Source: Enoplolaimus lenunculus
Lineage: Eukaryota
DNA: 64,000 nt
Assembly: GCA_030248215.1 (NCBI GenBank)
Contig: JASANG010001414.1
Span: 744,001-808,000 of the forward strand
Direction of reading: 5' to 3'
Below the pieces are notes generated by a model that searched no databases, had not been told where the DNA came from, and saw nothing but the letters and a program-made list of their open reading frames with translations. Positions 11,701 to 23,700 of the stretch are shown piece by piece. The position numbers and the translations under genes are program-made. Positions within the stretch are counted from its first letter, which is position 1; every line of letters starts with the position of its first letter.

Positions 11701-14700
11701 ACGCTTACGCTTAGGCTTAGGCTTAGAAATACGCTTAATCTACGGTTACGCGCTTTAAAGTAACATTTGCCAATTAAATAGAGAGACTTACCTGACATTG
11801 CTTTGAAATCAACTTTCATTGCAGCGCCAGCAGGTTTGTTTGTTTCATCAAACGACTTGCATTCAGACTGAGTGAACCTGTAAAAAAAGAAAAAAACGTA
11901 AAACCGAAAACGAGCGACTAAAATTGTCGCATGCTACAAAACCATTTACTTGAAAGTGTCGATTTAGTAACGTTTTTTATATTAAAACGTAGCTTCTAAA
12001 AGCGAAATTTCATGGTAATAAATTGGTAAATATCACAGAAGTACAAACTTGTAATAAATATCAGGTTTTTGCTTGTGAAATTTCAAAAACTGAATTTTTT
12101 TGTATTACTATTTTTGACCAATGTATAGAACAGGGTTGTAACAGTAGTATAAGTATATTTCTAAACGTATGCCTAAGCCTAAGTGTAACAATGGGCTTAT
12201 ATCTAGGCCTAAACCTAACTCTAAGAATGAACACAAAATTAGTCTAAAGCTCAAGCTTATTGCAGTCCCGCAGAAAAACATTGCGCCCCTGATTTTTGCA
12301 TGATTCCAATCTGTTATTTTTAACATTGCCTATCTGCAGTAAACTAAATATATACTTGTCGCTGGTTCTGGTTTATATCCAGGGGTGTATCGAATAATTT
12401 GTATTGATAAAATAACCGGCCCATGTTACTTTTAGCGGCGTCCAGGTTTCTGGAGGGTCTTGCTTTTAGATTACATTTTTCCATAGACTTAGGCTTAGGC
12501 TTAGGAACGACATTTTTGCAACGCTTAGGCTTACGCTTAGGCCTAGGAATACGCTTAAACTACTGTTACGTCCCTTAAAATGTAACATTGACCAAATAAC
12601 AAATACCACAAAACGTCTGAAATATATGTGGTCTCACGCCAAACCAGATTGGTAAAATCAATCATTATGCTTTACAGTACACAAATGAAGAGAGGAAAAT
12701 TCGTAATTTAAAATATGAATCAAAATTCTATAGGCAGTTTAATTCGAATTACCAATAATTTTGAAGCTGAGTAATGAATCCATTTTCTTTAAGCTTCAAT
12801 ACGTAATAGTTCAGTTCGCTTGTGAACGGCGAATTTTTTGGCAGCGCAAATCCGTACATAGAATTAGCAAACGTATCGCCGACAACAACCAGGTCGCAAG
12901 GTTTACGCGAAGCCAAATAATCCAAAATTGGCTTGTCGTAAATAAAAGCATATTTTCCGGTTCGTGTCTAAAAAATTAATAAAACCACTCCTTTAAGGAA
13001 TTAGCTAGAAAACGTGGTATATTAGAGAGCGTGGTAGTTTGTCTGTAATGGTATTGAACAAATTTATTTTTATAAAAAAATTGGTCAAATTCAAAAATTT
13101 CGTTTTGCCACCAAAAATACTAAAAGTCAAGATTCACAAGTCCAGCGAAATTTCCGCTCAACACCCAAACCGGAGTTGGAATTTATGCTGCAGTCGAAGA
13201 TAGACGTTCAGTTGGACCCTGATTGATACTTTGGCTCATGTAAAGATCCGGATCGCAACGTTTTTCTGTGGGACTAGAAAATAGTAAGCTTAAGCTTTAG
13301 ACCATTTTTTTGGTTTGGCTTAGGCTTAGGCTTAGGAGTATGCTCATTCTTACGCTTAGGCTTAGGCTTAGAGTAAAGCATATACTTATAATACTGTTCC
13401 GCCCATGTTCTTTACATTGGCCGGCGCGCCGCCGGACGCCGCTGCACGCGACGCGCGGCACGGTAAAAAGCGTAACCGTAAGCGTTGAAAGAAGTACAAA
13501 CCGGAGCCCAAGCCTGAGTCTAAACAAAAATGTAGTCTAAAATCTAAACCTACACTTTTATAGTCCCATCACAGACAGGACCTGGCCGGAAAAAAGTGTG
13601 CCGGTAGTTGTGAGTGACTCGCAACGCAATATTACAGTAGGTCAGGCTCTCTAGATTACTTTATCTACGGAGCAAAGGGCAATTATTTGTTTACCTGTTC
13701 AATACCAACGTCAGAACTCGCCACAACCGAATACGTTCGATCTTTCATCATCACGTCGTACATTGTCGAAAATAACGGATTAGGACTAGTGCTAAAAAAC
13801 GTTAGGCCAGCGGTCGCAGTTTCTGTCCCTGAAAAATGACCAAAACTTAATCAACACTTAGCGGTTTGGTAAAAGGTATACGTGTAAAGAGGCGTTTAGC
13901 TGAAATATTTCAGAAATATTACTACTTTCTAGGCGCTTTTGCAATGCGCTCAAATGCCTATCGTAATCGTTTGAGCGTAAGTAACTGCGGCCACGTTTTA
14001 AACATAAGTTTGCCTAAGGCTAAATAATGTTTTCTGTCATACGCCATCTGTTGCTTAGAACTATTGCCAGCAAAAGCGTCCACACGCGGGCAGCCGTGCC
14101 CCCCGCCTCAAATATGGTTGGTGACACTCCAAATAGGACAAGGAGGATTTAATTGTTCTAAAAGTAAATAATCTTGAAGTTCAATTGTAGGACCCCCAGA
14201 AATTATTCGGTGCACCACTGATACAATTTTCTGTGGACGCCCCTGCATGGTAGGCTGAGATGCGCCAGTGTGTTGTGTAAAATTATATTATTAATCTTAC
14301 CGTATTTTATCTCTGATTGTTTTCCTAAATCATCAATTGAATCAATTCCTGTCTTTAGAATGCTTGATGTGAACACCGCTGCCATGTTTGCAGTGTATGA
14401 CGAAGTCAGTATCATAACTGCTATCCACCAGCATACGGCAACTATCCTGCCTGGAAAGAACAAAATTTTTTCTGCAGCACTGTCATCAAATCAGTGTGTG
14501 ACCGGATATCACCGGATATCAGTTTCCGGTAAAAAATCAGTGTCCGTTTTGGTTTGTGTTTTAGATATAGCGGAATTACTGAAAATTTTGCTATTTTCAC
14601 AATTATAGTTTAATAGAGAAAAATTTATACAAAATATTAACGATTTATGGTACATCAGTCATTTTTACAGAAAATTTTTTGAAAACCCAGTAATCGCTTG

Positions 14701-17700
14701 CATACCTCAATTGCACGGTAGAAAAAACAGAATATCTTGTAAAACATTTATACTTCAATATTCGTTTTTCATTTTCGTTCATATTGTTTTACTATCCGTT
14801 TGCAACCCTGGCACTGTTCTTCGTTCGTTGATGGCTTACATGCAAAAAGTTGAACAAAATTACCTGATAAACTCATTGGATGTGTCGGTCCTTGTTTAAA
14901 TAGACAGGTCCATGACGCCCAAACCGAATTCATAAAGTCCAGCTGTTGAGTTGCTTCTTTGTGCCATTTTACAAATTGTTTTTGAGCACCGCGAAACCTG
15001 AAATTTACAACATCTTGTAGGTTGATTTATTTTCAACAAAGATTATTTATGAACATGCAAGGAGTACGGTGAAATCAAAGACTCATTGGCGTACAAAATT
15101 GCGGCTCACATCAAAGCGATGGCTGCGCGAGAATTACCAGTCAGCAACATTAGAGTCAATTCTTCACCAGCTGTAGCATTATCGTTTGCTTGTAGCACCT
15201 ATCGCCAGTTGTTAATAGTTTTGATAGTTTGGCATACAAAGATTGCAAACTCAGGATGCTCAGAGCGGATCCAGACGGTTTCGTTGGGTGCCCGCGAGCT
15301 CTCCTGTGTTTTAGGCAAAAAGAAAAATTGAGCAATGCTTCGAGTTGGACAGCATCAATTAAGTATGTAAATGGTACAACCGAAGGTCTTCCTTCGGTTT
15401 CGACTCCTCCTGAAAATCGACCTCCGGTTTCGACTCCAGTAGAACTTTTGCAATGTTTTATTGTTTAGAGCAATTGTATCGTACCCGTGAACCCATTTTA
15501 AACGTTTTTGGGATCTCGTCTGTCTCTTGTTATCTATACTACATTTCCAGTTCGTTATGGGCCCCTGGTTAAAGTACTGTCCTCAATTATGGCAAACGTG
15601 ACTGACGTTTAGGAAATTTTAAAAACTAAAAGTTTCACTTACCTTGTAGCCCTGTAAGCATAAAATAATAGTGTTTAGAGCTGTATTGAAAATTTTTAAA
15701 TATTATGATCATAAACACAGAACCCGTATTGTCAAATGTTTGTAACACCTTTCACCAATTGGTGATATATCTTGTAACTTTCAAACCAGGCAATGATGAT
15801 ATTTGAAATTCAGCACATTTATTGCAAATCAATTTACTCTACTTCTGTGCAAATTTTAAGATCTACAATTTCAGCAGTTCGTTAGTTTGAAAACCTATCA
15901 CAAACCGGTGACCGTTACTATATGCATTTGAGAATATGGACCCTGGTGTCAGTTCGAGGTCATAGCAGACCTGTGCAGACACATGCGATTGCGGTATCGG
16001 AAATGTCGGTTTGACACCCCTAAGGATTTGTATTTTGACTCCTGGTTTCTATCGTAGATTGAATTCCTATCGGGAATGTCGGTTTGACACCCCTAAGGAT
16101 TTGTATTTTGACTCCTGGTTTCCTATCATAGATTGAATTCCTATCGGGAATGTCGGTTTGACACCCCTAAGGATTTGTATTTTGACTCCTGGTTTCCTAT
16201 CATAGATTGAATTCCTATCGGGAATGTCGGTTTGACACCCCTAAGGATTTGTATTTTGACTCCTGGTTTCCTATCATAGATTGAATTCCTATCGGGAATG
16301 TCGGTTTGACACCCCTAAGGATTTGTATTTTGACTCCTGGTTTCCTATCATAGATTGAATTCCTATCGGGAATGTCGGTTTGACACCCCCAAGGATTTGT
16401 ATTTTGACTCCTGGTTTCCTATCATAGATTGAATTCCTCACCGGATTTGACGACCCTCCGTTATATTGAGTTTGAGGCTGCATCCAGCTTGAAAAGGATA
16501 GAAACCGATATTACTGGATAAATTTTACTTTTTAAACGCTTAAATTTACACACGAGTGTAAAACATCTGAACGGGACGAAATCAACAAATATTCGACGTA
16601 CAACAATATAGGCTCTGACTACGATTGCAGTCCTATGTAAAATTTGACCAAATCATTGTAACATAAGTTAAACCTAAGCGTCGCGGTATACTTTTTGGCA
16701 AATATGGAACATGAAAGAGTTGCGAAATATTAATAATCGCACGATTTGGATGTTTTAAACTGATAAATTGAACGAATGTGAAGGTTACACTAGTTTTACA
16801 AACATATATAAACAACAGTGTATAACGAAAGCGACAAACCCTGTAGCCAGCTCTCCTAGCTACGGGGTACGCTAAATTTTTATCACCTGAGGCATACAAG
16901 GGTTTTCGATGACTTACAAGCAAGGTTGAAAACTTTCAAGGGCCTCCAAAATTGTTCCACGAGGGCTGTAGCCGCCCTCTTGCCTCGGGCTAGCAAAGCG
17001 AGCTTTAATCGTCTGCAAATTATGCGCAAGCTACGAGCTATCGTTACTAAAACAAAAGTTTTTGACCAAAATTGAAATCTAAATCGGTTCATGACCATTT
17101 AGGCTTAAGCTTTACGTCTCGCGGTGCCGCGTGTCATTTAAAAAAATAACTTTTATAAAACGTGCGGTGCCGGGCGGAAACTCGAGCTGCCGCCCGTCCC
17201 ATCTAAAGTTTACTTTTATTGGCGATGCGCAACCACACAAAAGTGAAGCGCAATTCTTAATCGAAACGAGTCGTTTCAACTTAAGCAGATAAGTAATGTT
17301 GACTTCAAAAACAAACCTTTGGCCTGATTTCTTTACGTTGTAATACGTTTTACTCAATGTCAAGTTTGATTCATTTTGATAATAAAGTAAGCGAAGCGAT
17401 TGTCTGCGCTCAGAGAAAGAAGGAACTAAAATTGACTACAAATGTTGAAAACAACACAAAAAGTAAACCGGAAATACAAGGAAAGCAAACAATACTCGGT
17501 GCCGGAGCAGGCTAAGTTGGGGCCTCCAAAATTCTGGATTGGGGGGATCGTTGCAATGATCACAATATTTTTTAACTTTTTTTCCAATTTTGTTTCGGGT
17601 TGGCATCCCCAAGTCGGGGGTATGCGGGCGGCTGCTCTGGCTCTGACAGTACAACAAACAAACAACCAAACCGTATTTTCCAAAACAGTTTTCAGACACC

Positions 17701-20700
17701 AAAAAATAGCAAAACTTCTTTTGTAAAATATCGCAATTTGGAAATTCGGTAAAATCAAAATAAATTAGGAATAAAAAAACCTAAAAGATTAAATGTACGG
17801 CAATTTAACTTTTCTGCATTGTGATAAGAATGCACAAACGAGCCATGATGGCTGTATTATTTTTGAATCAAATTTCAATTTAAGACAGTCCATGTCAAAG
17901 TTTCAGTTTAATGAGATTCGTTTTTTTGAATTACGATATTTTTCAAAATATTGCAGGAAATAAGTACTTAATTTGTTAAAAAATATTCCGATTGTGGCAT
18001 TCCGTTTTTCAATCTTTTGAGATGTATGCGTCACTTTACAGAAGGAGCAGAAATGAAAAAAAAAGTTAAAAGATAAACTTAAATTAGCGATAATGGCAAT
18101 AGCACCTTTCCATATCGTGATAAGAATGTACAAACGAGCCATGATGACCGTATGGAGAGGCCTTATTCGCGAAAGCGATCCAAATTGCAACAGCGAAAAT
18201 TGTCCCCAAAAGTACGAGCCAAAGTTTTGAGTCAAACGGCATCAAAAACTTAAACCGATTTTCAGTATCCGCAGGTCGACGCAACGCGAACGCAAGACCG
18301 GTGGCATAAAATTCAACGGCGAATTCAAACTCAGATTGACGACTTTCAGTGATGGTTGTTGTTGCAGCGCTCAAATCACAACGCTGAAACAAAACAAAAT
18401 GGTCGGTGTTTTTTTCATATTTTATATTTACCTCATAGCAAGTAGATTTTTGATCAACATTAAAAAATTACATAGCTAATGGCGTAAAACGAGAAGTTGC
18501 AAAGTTTTTTCAAATTACATAGCTAGCGGTAAAAATACAAAAGTTACATAGCTAATGGGAATATTAAAAATTACTTAACTAAGTGACAAAAAAGTTTAAG
18601 TTTGTTTCCAGGTAGGTATAAAGCGGTTCTGGAAACAATTTAAAATGATGTGATCTGAGCGCAGCAAAACACCAACCACCGCCAGCCAATCAAAACGTTT
18701 AGGCACGGTATATGATACCCCTTGGAGTTAGCATGTTCCATTGGACAAATTCCGAAAGAATGGTTTGAACAGGGTTTTATTTAACTAATCGTTAAATCGC
18801 TTCACTAACGGGAATTGTTAACCAATCATTGAATGTCTTTAACTAACAGGGTTTATTTAACCAATCATTGAATGCCTTTAACTAACAGGATTCCATTTAA
18901 CCAATCATTGAATGTCTTTAACTAACAGGGTTTATTTAACCAATCATTGAATGCCTTTAACTAACAGGATTCCATTTAACCAATCATTGAATGGCTTCAA
19001 CTAACAGGGTTTATTTAACCAATCATTGATTGGCTTGACTAACACGATTTTATTTAACCGTAAAGTTGGAAAGGTGCAATTGCCGAAACGATGACAACTT
19101 CTGCAGCAGTCAGAAAAAGAACACGACGACAAATTTACGTCTAATTATACATGCTAAAATATTCACGCGAACAATGACAACTTCCTTCCATACAGACCTG
19201 CCTAAATCATGAGGAGTAAAAATAAACGAGCCATGAGCGCTGAACGGAGACAATTTATCAATTAAACTGAAGCAGACTCCAGTGATAAACGTAGTCGCAA
19301 TCACTGCAAACCATAGCCGGTTGCCGAACGCGGTTAAAAAGTCAAATTTTCCACCGTCTGCTGGTGTTTTGAGTACAAATACAAGTCCAGACGATAGCCA
19401 GTTACTGGTGAAATCAAATTCGTGAATCCGTTGCTCAGAGATCGCGAGTATTCCGGTGCCCAAATCGCAACGCTGAACAATGTTTGTGAAAGTGTAGCCC
19501 AAGTTCGTGGTTTGTATTGGTTGAGAATTAAGCTTTGCAGCTTACTTTACTGACCAGAAGCGTGGCAAGGATTTCGTTCCGCGAGCGTTTCGGTTGAGCC
19601 GGTTGGTAATGGGCCAGGTGTTTTTGCCATCTACATACTCTCTCGGAAAACTGCGGACCCGATAGATAAACTTTAGCATAGCTTGTAGTTAATGCTACAT
19701 CCACTCATGTTTATGTGTATAATTTTGTCGTACCTCAAAAAAATTGTTTGGGGTAGATTTTACTTTTGGTCTAAACGGTTGTTAGTGCTTAGTAAATCGC
19801 AAAATTTGAAATTTTCAATATTTAAGTAACTCCGAGAAATATTCTCACATGTCACGAAAAGGAACATTTTATTGCTAAAATACATGTGTACTCGTTGAAA
19901 AATACACAAAAATCTAAAGCACATGCGGTTAAAAATTGAGTTTGGCACATCGGTCGCTTCGATCGCGAGCTTTGTATACAAAACGAACTAAAAAATGCTA
20001 ATACCTCGGATTTCAAATCGCCAAATATTCCAGTCCATTTTCCGTCTTCTTTCGCACCCCAAAGACCGTCGGAAGGATATCTCCAACTATAATTGAAACC
20101 AATCTCTTGCGAGAGTCGTTCAAACAAATCGATGACCAAACCTAAAATAGAGACAAATAAATTACTTCCATTATTGTCGTCGTTAAGTTAAATTGGAAAA
20201 GTTAAAATTTCGGCGAATTCAATTTAATATCACAAAAATCGCATTTTCATCACCCAGACTTTCAAGCTTAAGCTGGTTTTATTTACGAACAATTTACCCC
20301 AAAATCATTTTACATCACGCGAGCAAATGAAGCGAGAAGCCAAACACAATTTTACTAGGAATATTTGAGCTGAAAATTTGTCGTCCCTCAACGACGGCAA
20401 AATATATAATTTGGGGCTAAACATGGCTGTTTCCTTTCCACGATAAAAATATGAAAATCAGAAAATGCGAAAATCGCACCCACCGCATTTTCTGATTCCA
20501 GTTGTCTTTATTTTATAACGTGACACAGGGTACAACTTTACCGGCGAGTTAAACGCGAATCGGCTAAACATTTCAGTCTTTTTACCAGCGCCTAACATTT
20601 AATAGTGACAAGTTATTGTTAAATTGTAGGCGTTTAAAGTTTCTCGTGTCAAACAGCAATTTTTCCTAGAAGTTTAACTCATTTTACCTTTGAGTTTAGA

Positions 20701-23700
20701 TTTCGGAATTTCGTACAACTCTGACGCGTTCGCAATATTTGAACCATTCCAAGCAACGTACCAGCCGCCTTCATCTGAATCGACATGTGTGCATACGAAC
20801 ACGTGTTGACCCTTCAACGAACTTACGTACCCTAAAACAGAACAATACATCTTAAATATATACACCGAGCGGTTTATGAAATATTAATTTGAAACAAAAT
20901 TCGAAAGAGAGTTTAATAATGCACGAGCCGCAACAAACCCCCGTCAGGGTTCACTTGAAGTGCAATTAAATTTAATTTTTACTAATTAATACAGGTTAAC
21001 AGTTCAGGAATGCTAACTTTGGTCTGACTGATATTGTAGAATCATGGTGCCTCCTTAAATGTTTTTATTATGACCTAACCATGGCTCACACTTGGCGTTT
21101 ATTTGTTTTTGCTAACAAAGTTAAGCATGTGCTTTTACGTCGTCGACTTAAATAATTACTATAGTATACTTAAGTAACTATTTAAGTAAGATTTCAGAAA
21201 CCCAACCATTATGCATGAAAAACAATAATTCAAGTACAATGCGATGACAAAACGACCCACAATTCCAAGTGATTAATTTGTGCGTCTTGTCAATCCTTAT
21301 GTAATTGACATTAATTTAATTGATCGACGAAAACTGGAATAAATTAATTTCTAAATTACAATCTGTTAGAAGCAAATTCAAACGTTTATAATTTTAAAAA
21401 TAATTCATAAATTAACACATTTTTCATTGCTAATTATATACTAAAAAGGACGTGAAAATAAATATATGAAATTTAGTCAGCTACTTAAGTATTTACCTAA
21501 CTCAAGTACGCTTTTAAACAAAATGGTTTAAGTAAGATTTACTTCGCACGTACTTAAGTGCTAAGCCGATACTTAAGTAAAACTTCAGAAACCCAGTCAT
21601 TGTGTCGTAGAACATTTCTGGCTAAATCTTTAAAATCATGAACAAGGTTTTGGTATCCATAAACGGGGACTACAAGATACCTGATATATTATTTGCATTG
21701 CCAGGTAAAACAATACGTTTTGATGGTTCCACTGTTCCCGTAACTGAGTTCCATTCAGCGATCTAAATTCATAATCATTTTAAAATAAGGGCCGCGCAAA
21801 AATCCTCTCTAAAAAAATTTCCAAAAACCGGCCGGGTGAGGAGGGGGGTAAAACGGGGTTTAGGCGTCGAACCCCCCCTTTGTGTGTTTTTTCGCGCATT
21901 AAGTGCTTTTTCTTTTTCGGACGGAAAAAAACCCCAACCTCCTACTTTTGTTTAGTCCCCCCTCCTTAGGAAATAAACAAGAAAAGTTCTCACCCGGCGG
22001 GTTATCCGCGCATAAAAAACCGCGGGGGGGGGGCGGGCCCACCTCGCTCCAATATTTTTTTATGGGATGGAAAGGTCCTTCCCTCCATTTCTCCCCCTTT
22101 GAAAGATTTTTTTTAAAAAATCTATTTATTTCCTAATTTTTTTTTTTCCGCCATACATAATATTAACTCAGAAATGACCATAAATGTCTAATTCTCTTTC
22201 TGAGTTGATTAATCACAACGGACAGGAATTTACAGTTACCGCTTCTATAGCTTGACAATGAAAATTTGCGACTAGGCAATCACACTGCGTGCAACTCAAA
22301 TCAAATACCATTTAGTTCGACAGATAATTTGAAATTTATTTTTAAGCAATTTTTTAAATATATAAATTTAAACTTACTGCTGTCCATTGCGAGTCTTGTA
22401 AATTATAAAACAACACTTTATTCGGAAAACTGGATTGTTTTATCTAAAATATGAAATCAAACTGAAACTAATACAGGTACTCATTGTAAAACCCTTCTGA
22501 ACCTAAATTGCATATGGCTATCTCAGCTGGCCTTAATTGTCTTTTAACATAAAACCAAATTCTCAGTTAACCAAGGTATAACCTTACGATGAAGTCGAAT
22601 TTTGACATCTATACCCGTATTCTCAAATGTGTGTCCAGAAAAGCTTGAAACAAGTTCATTTTGCCCTATTCCTATGTGAAAAAGTATTGACTTTGCCAAT
22701 ACTGATTACCAGACACTTGTTACCAGTCAAACACGCTTTGGAGGACTATCAACCAGCCAAACTTGAGTTTAGTTCAACGTCTAGACTTTTGGGAATACCA
22801 AAAAAATTCAATTTAATATTTATATATTACCTAACTTTGCTTCACGTTCATTTGCCGATTCCAGCTCCGGTATAATTTTGTTTTCAATTCCAGTTGCAAA
22901 CAGGGCCATTGCATCAGTTTTGCATGTATAACAAATCCAAATCCTCACCGAGCCTGTAGCCAGAGATGGCGCAGTCGACGCTCAGCCCTCATTATGGAAG
23001 AATTTTGGCCACCAAAGAAAATTTTCAACTCTTGTAAATCATCGAAAATTGTTGTTTGTCCAGCTGAAAATTTTTTTAGCGACCCTAGCAAAGTGAACTA
23101 GATACGGGGCCTGTTCCATACACGTATTATGATAAAGATAGTCAAACATACCTTCAGTATATGCGTAGCCAGCTTGTCAGACAGCGTATTAGTTCGGTCG
23201 CCGTTTAGGCAGGAGACATTTTCAGTAGAAGATGGCTTGGGGATCTGAGTCGCGTCAAATAGATTTTCTTGACTGAGGTTATAAGCTCGTAGCACAAGCG
23301 AAAACGCATTGGTGTATTGTATTATTCGACTTTCGTACTAAAAGCACTTTTACGGTAGTTTTTGAAAATGTTCTGCAATTAGTAAATTGATTGCAAATAT
23401 CCGCATTTCGCCTCATGGTGAGGTGGGAAATGCTACGAAATTTTCGAAGCAATATCATTTCTAACGCATAAAATACCAAAATTACGCCTAACTTCTTGCT
23501 GGCTTCTCTTGCGAGGTTAGTGTATTCTTCATCGTTTTATCGTTTAGAGAACCAAAAACAATGCCAACATGTTGGTGTGACGTTTTTTAAAAAATTTTGC
23601 CAGCTAACAGATACCCTAAAATTAGTATATTTTTAATACAAATTATACGTATTGTCACAAAGTTTGTAGTTTCGATTCTGATTCCGGTATAATCCAGTTC

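Noticed and set aside
13297..13540. RLRLRL / LSLSLS ORFs, also at 125-334, 26173-26442, 51531-51842
   Set aside because: Translations of TTAGGC/GCCTAA hexamers.
15996..16438. Regular repeats resembling a CRISPR array, also 6301-6576
   Set aside because: Head-to-tail units with no unique spacers, no cas genes, eukaryotic context.
16782..16804. Weak inverted match to the intron upstream of exon 13A
   Set aside because: Short and gapped; mismatches are C-A on the transcribed strand, consistent with chance.
17426..17758. Hydrophobic ORF as a third full mutually exclusive exon
   Set aside because: No RCDL or S1/M1 similarity; overlaps a GC-rich MITE-like insert.
21790..22150. Homopolymer-rich, compositionally odd segment with a 77-aa ORF
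   Set aside because: Looks like low-quality consensus or a decayed repeat; needs a read-level check before interpretation.
22586..22670. Apparent iGluR exon with AG/GT ends
   Set aside because: Contains a repeat motif (cacatttgagaata) also seen at ~4790 and ~15925; the frame is already continuous from 23152 to 22443.
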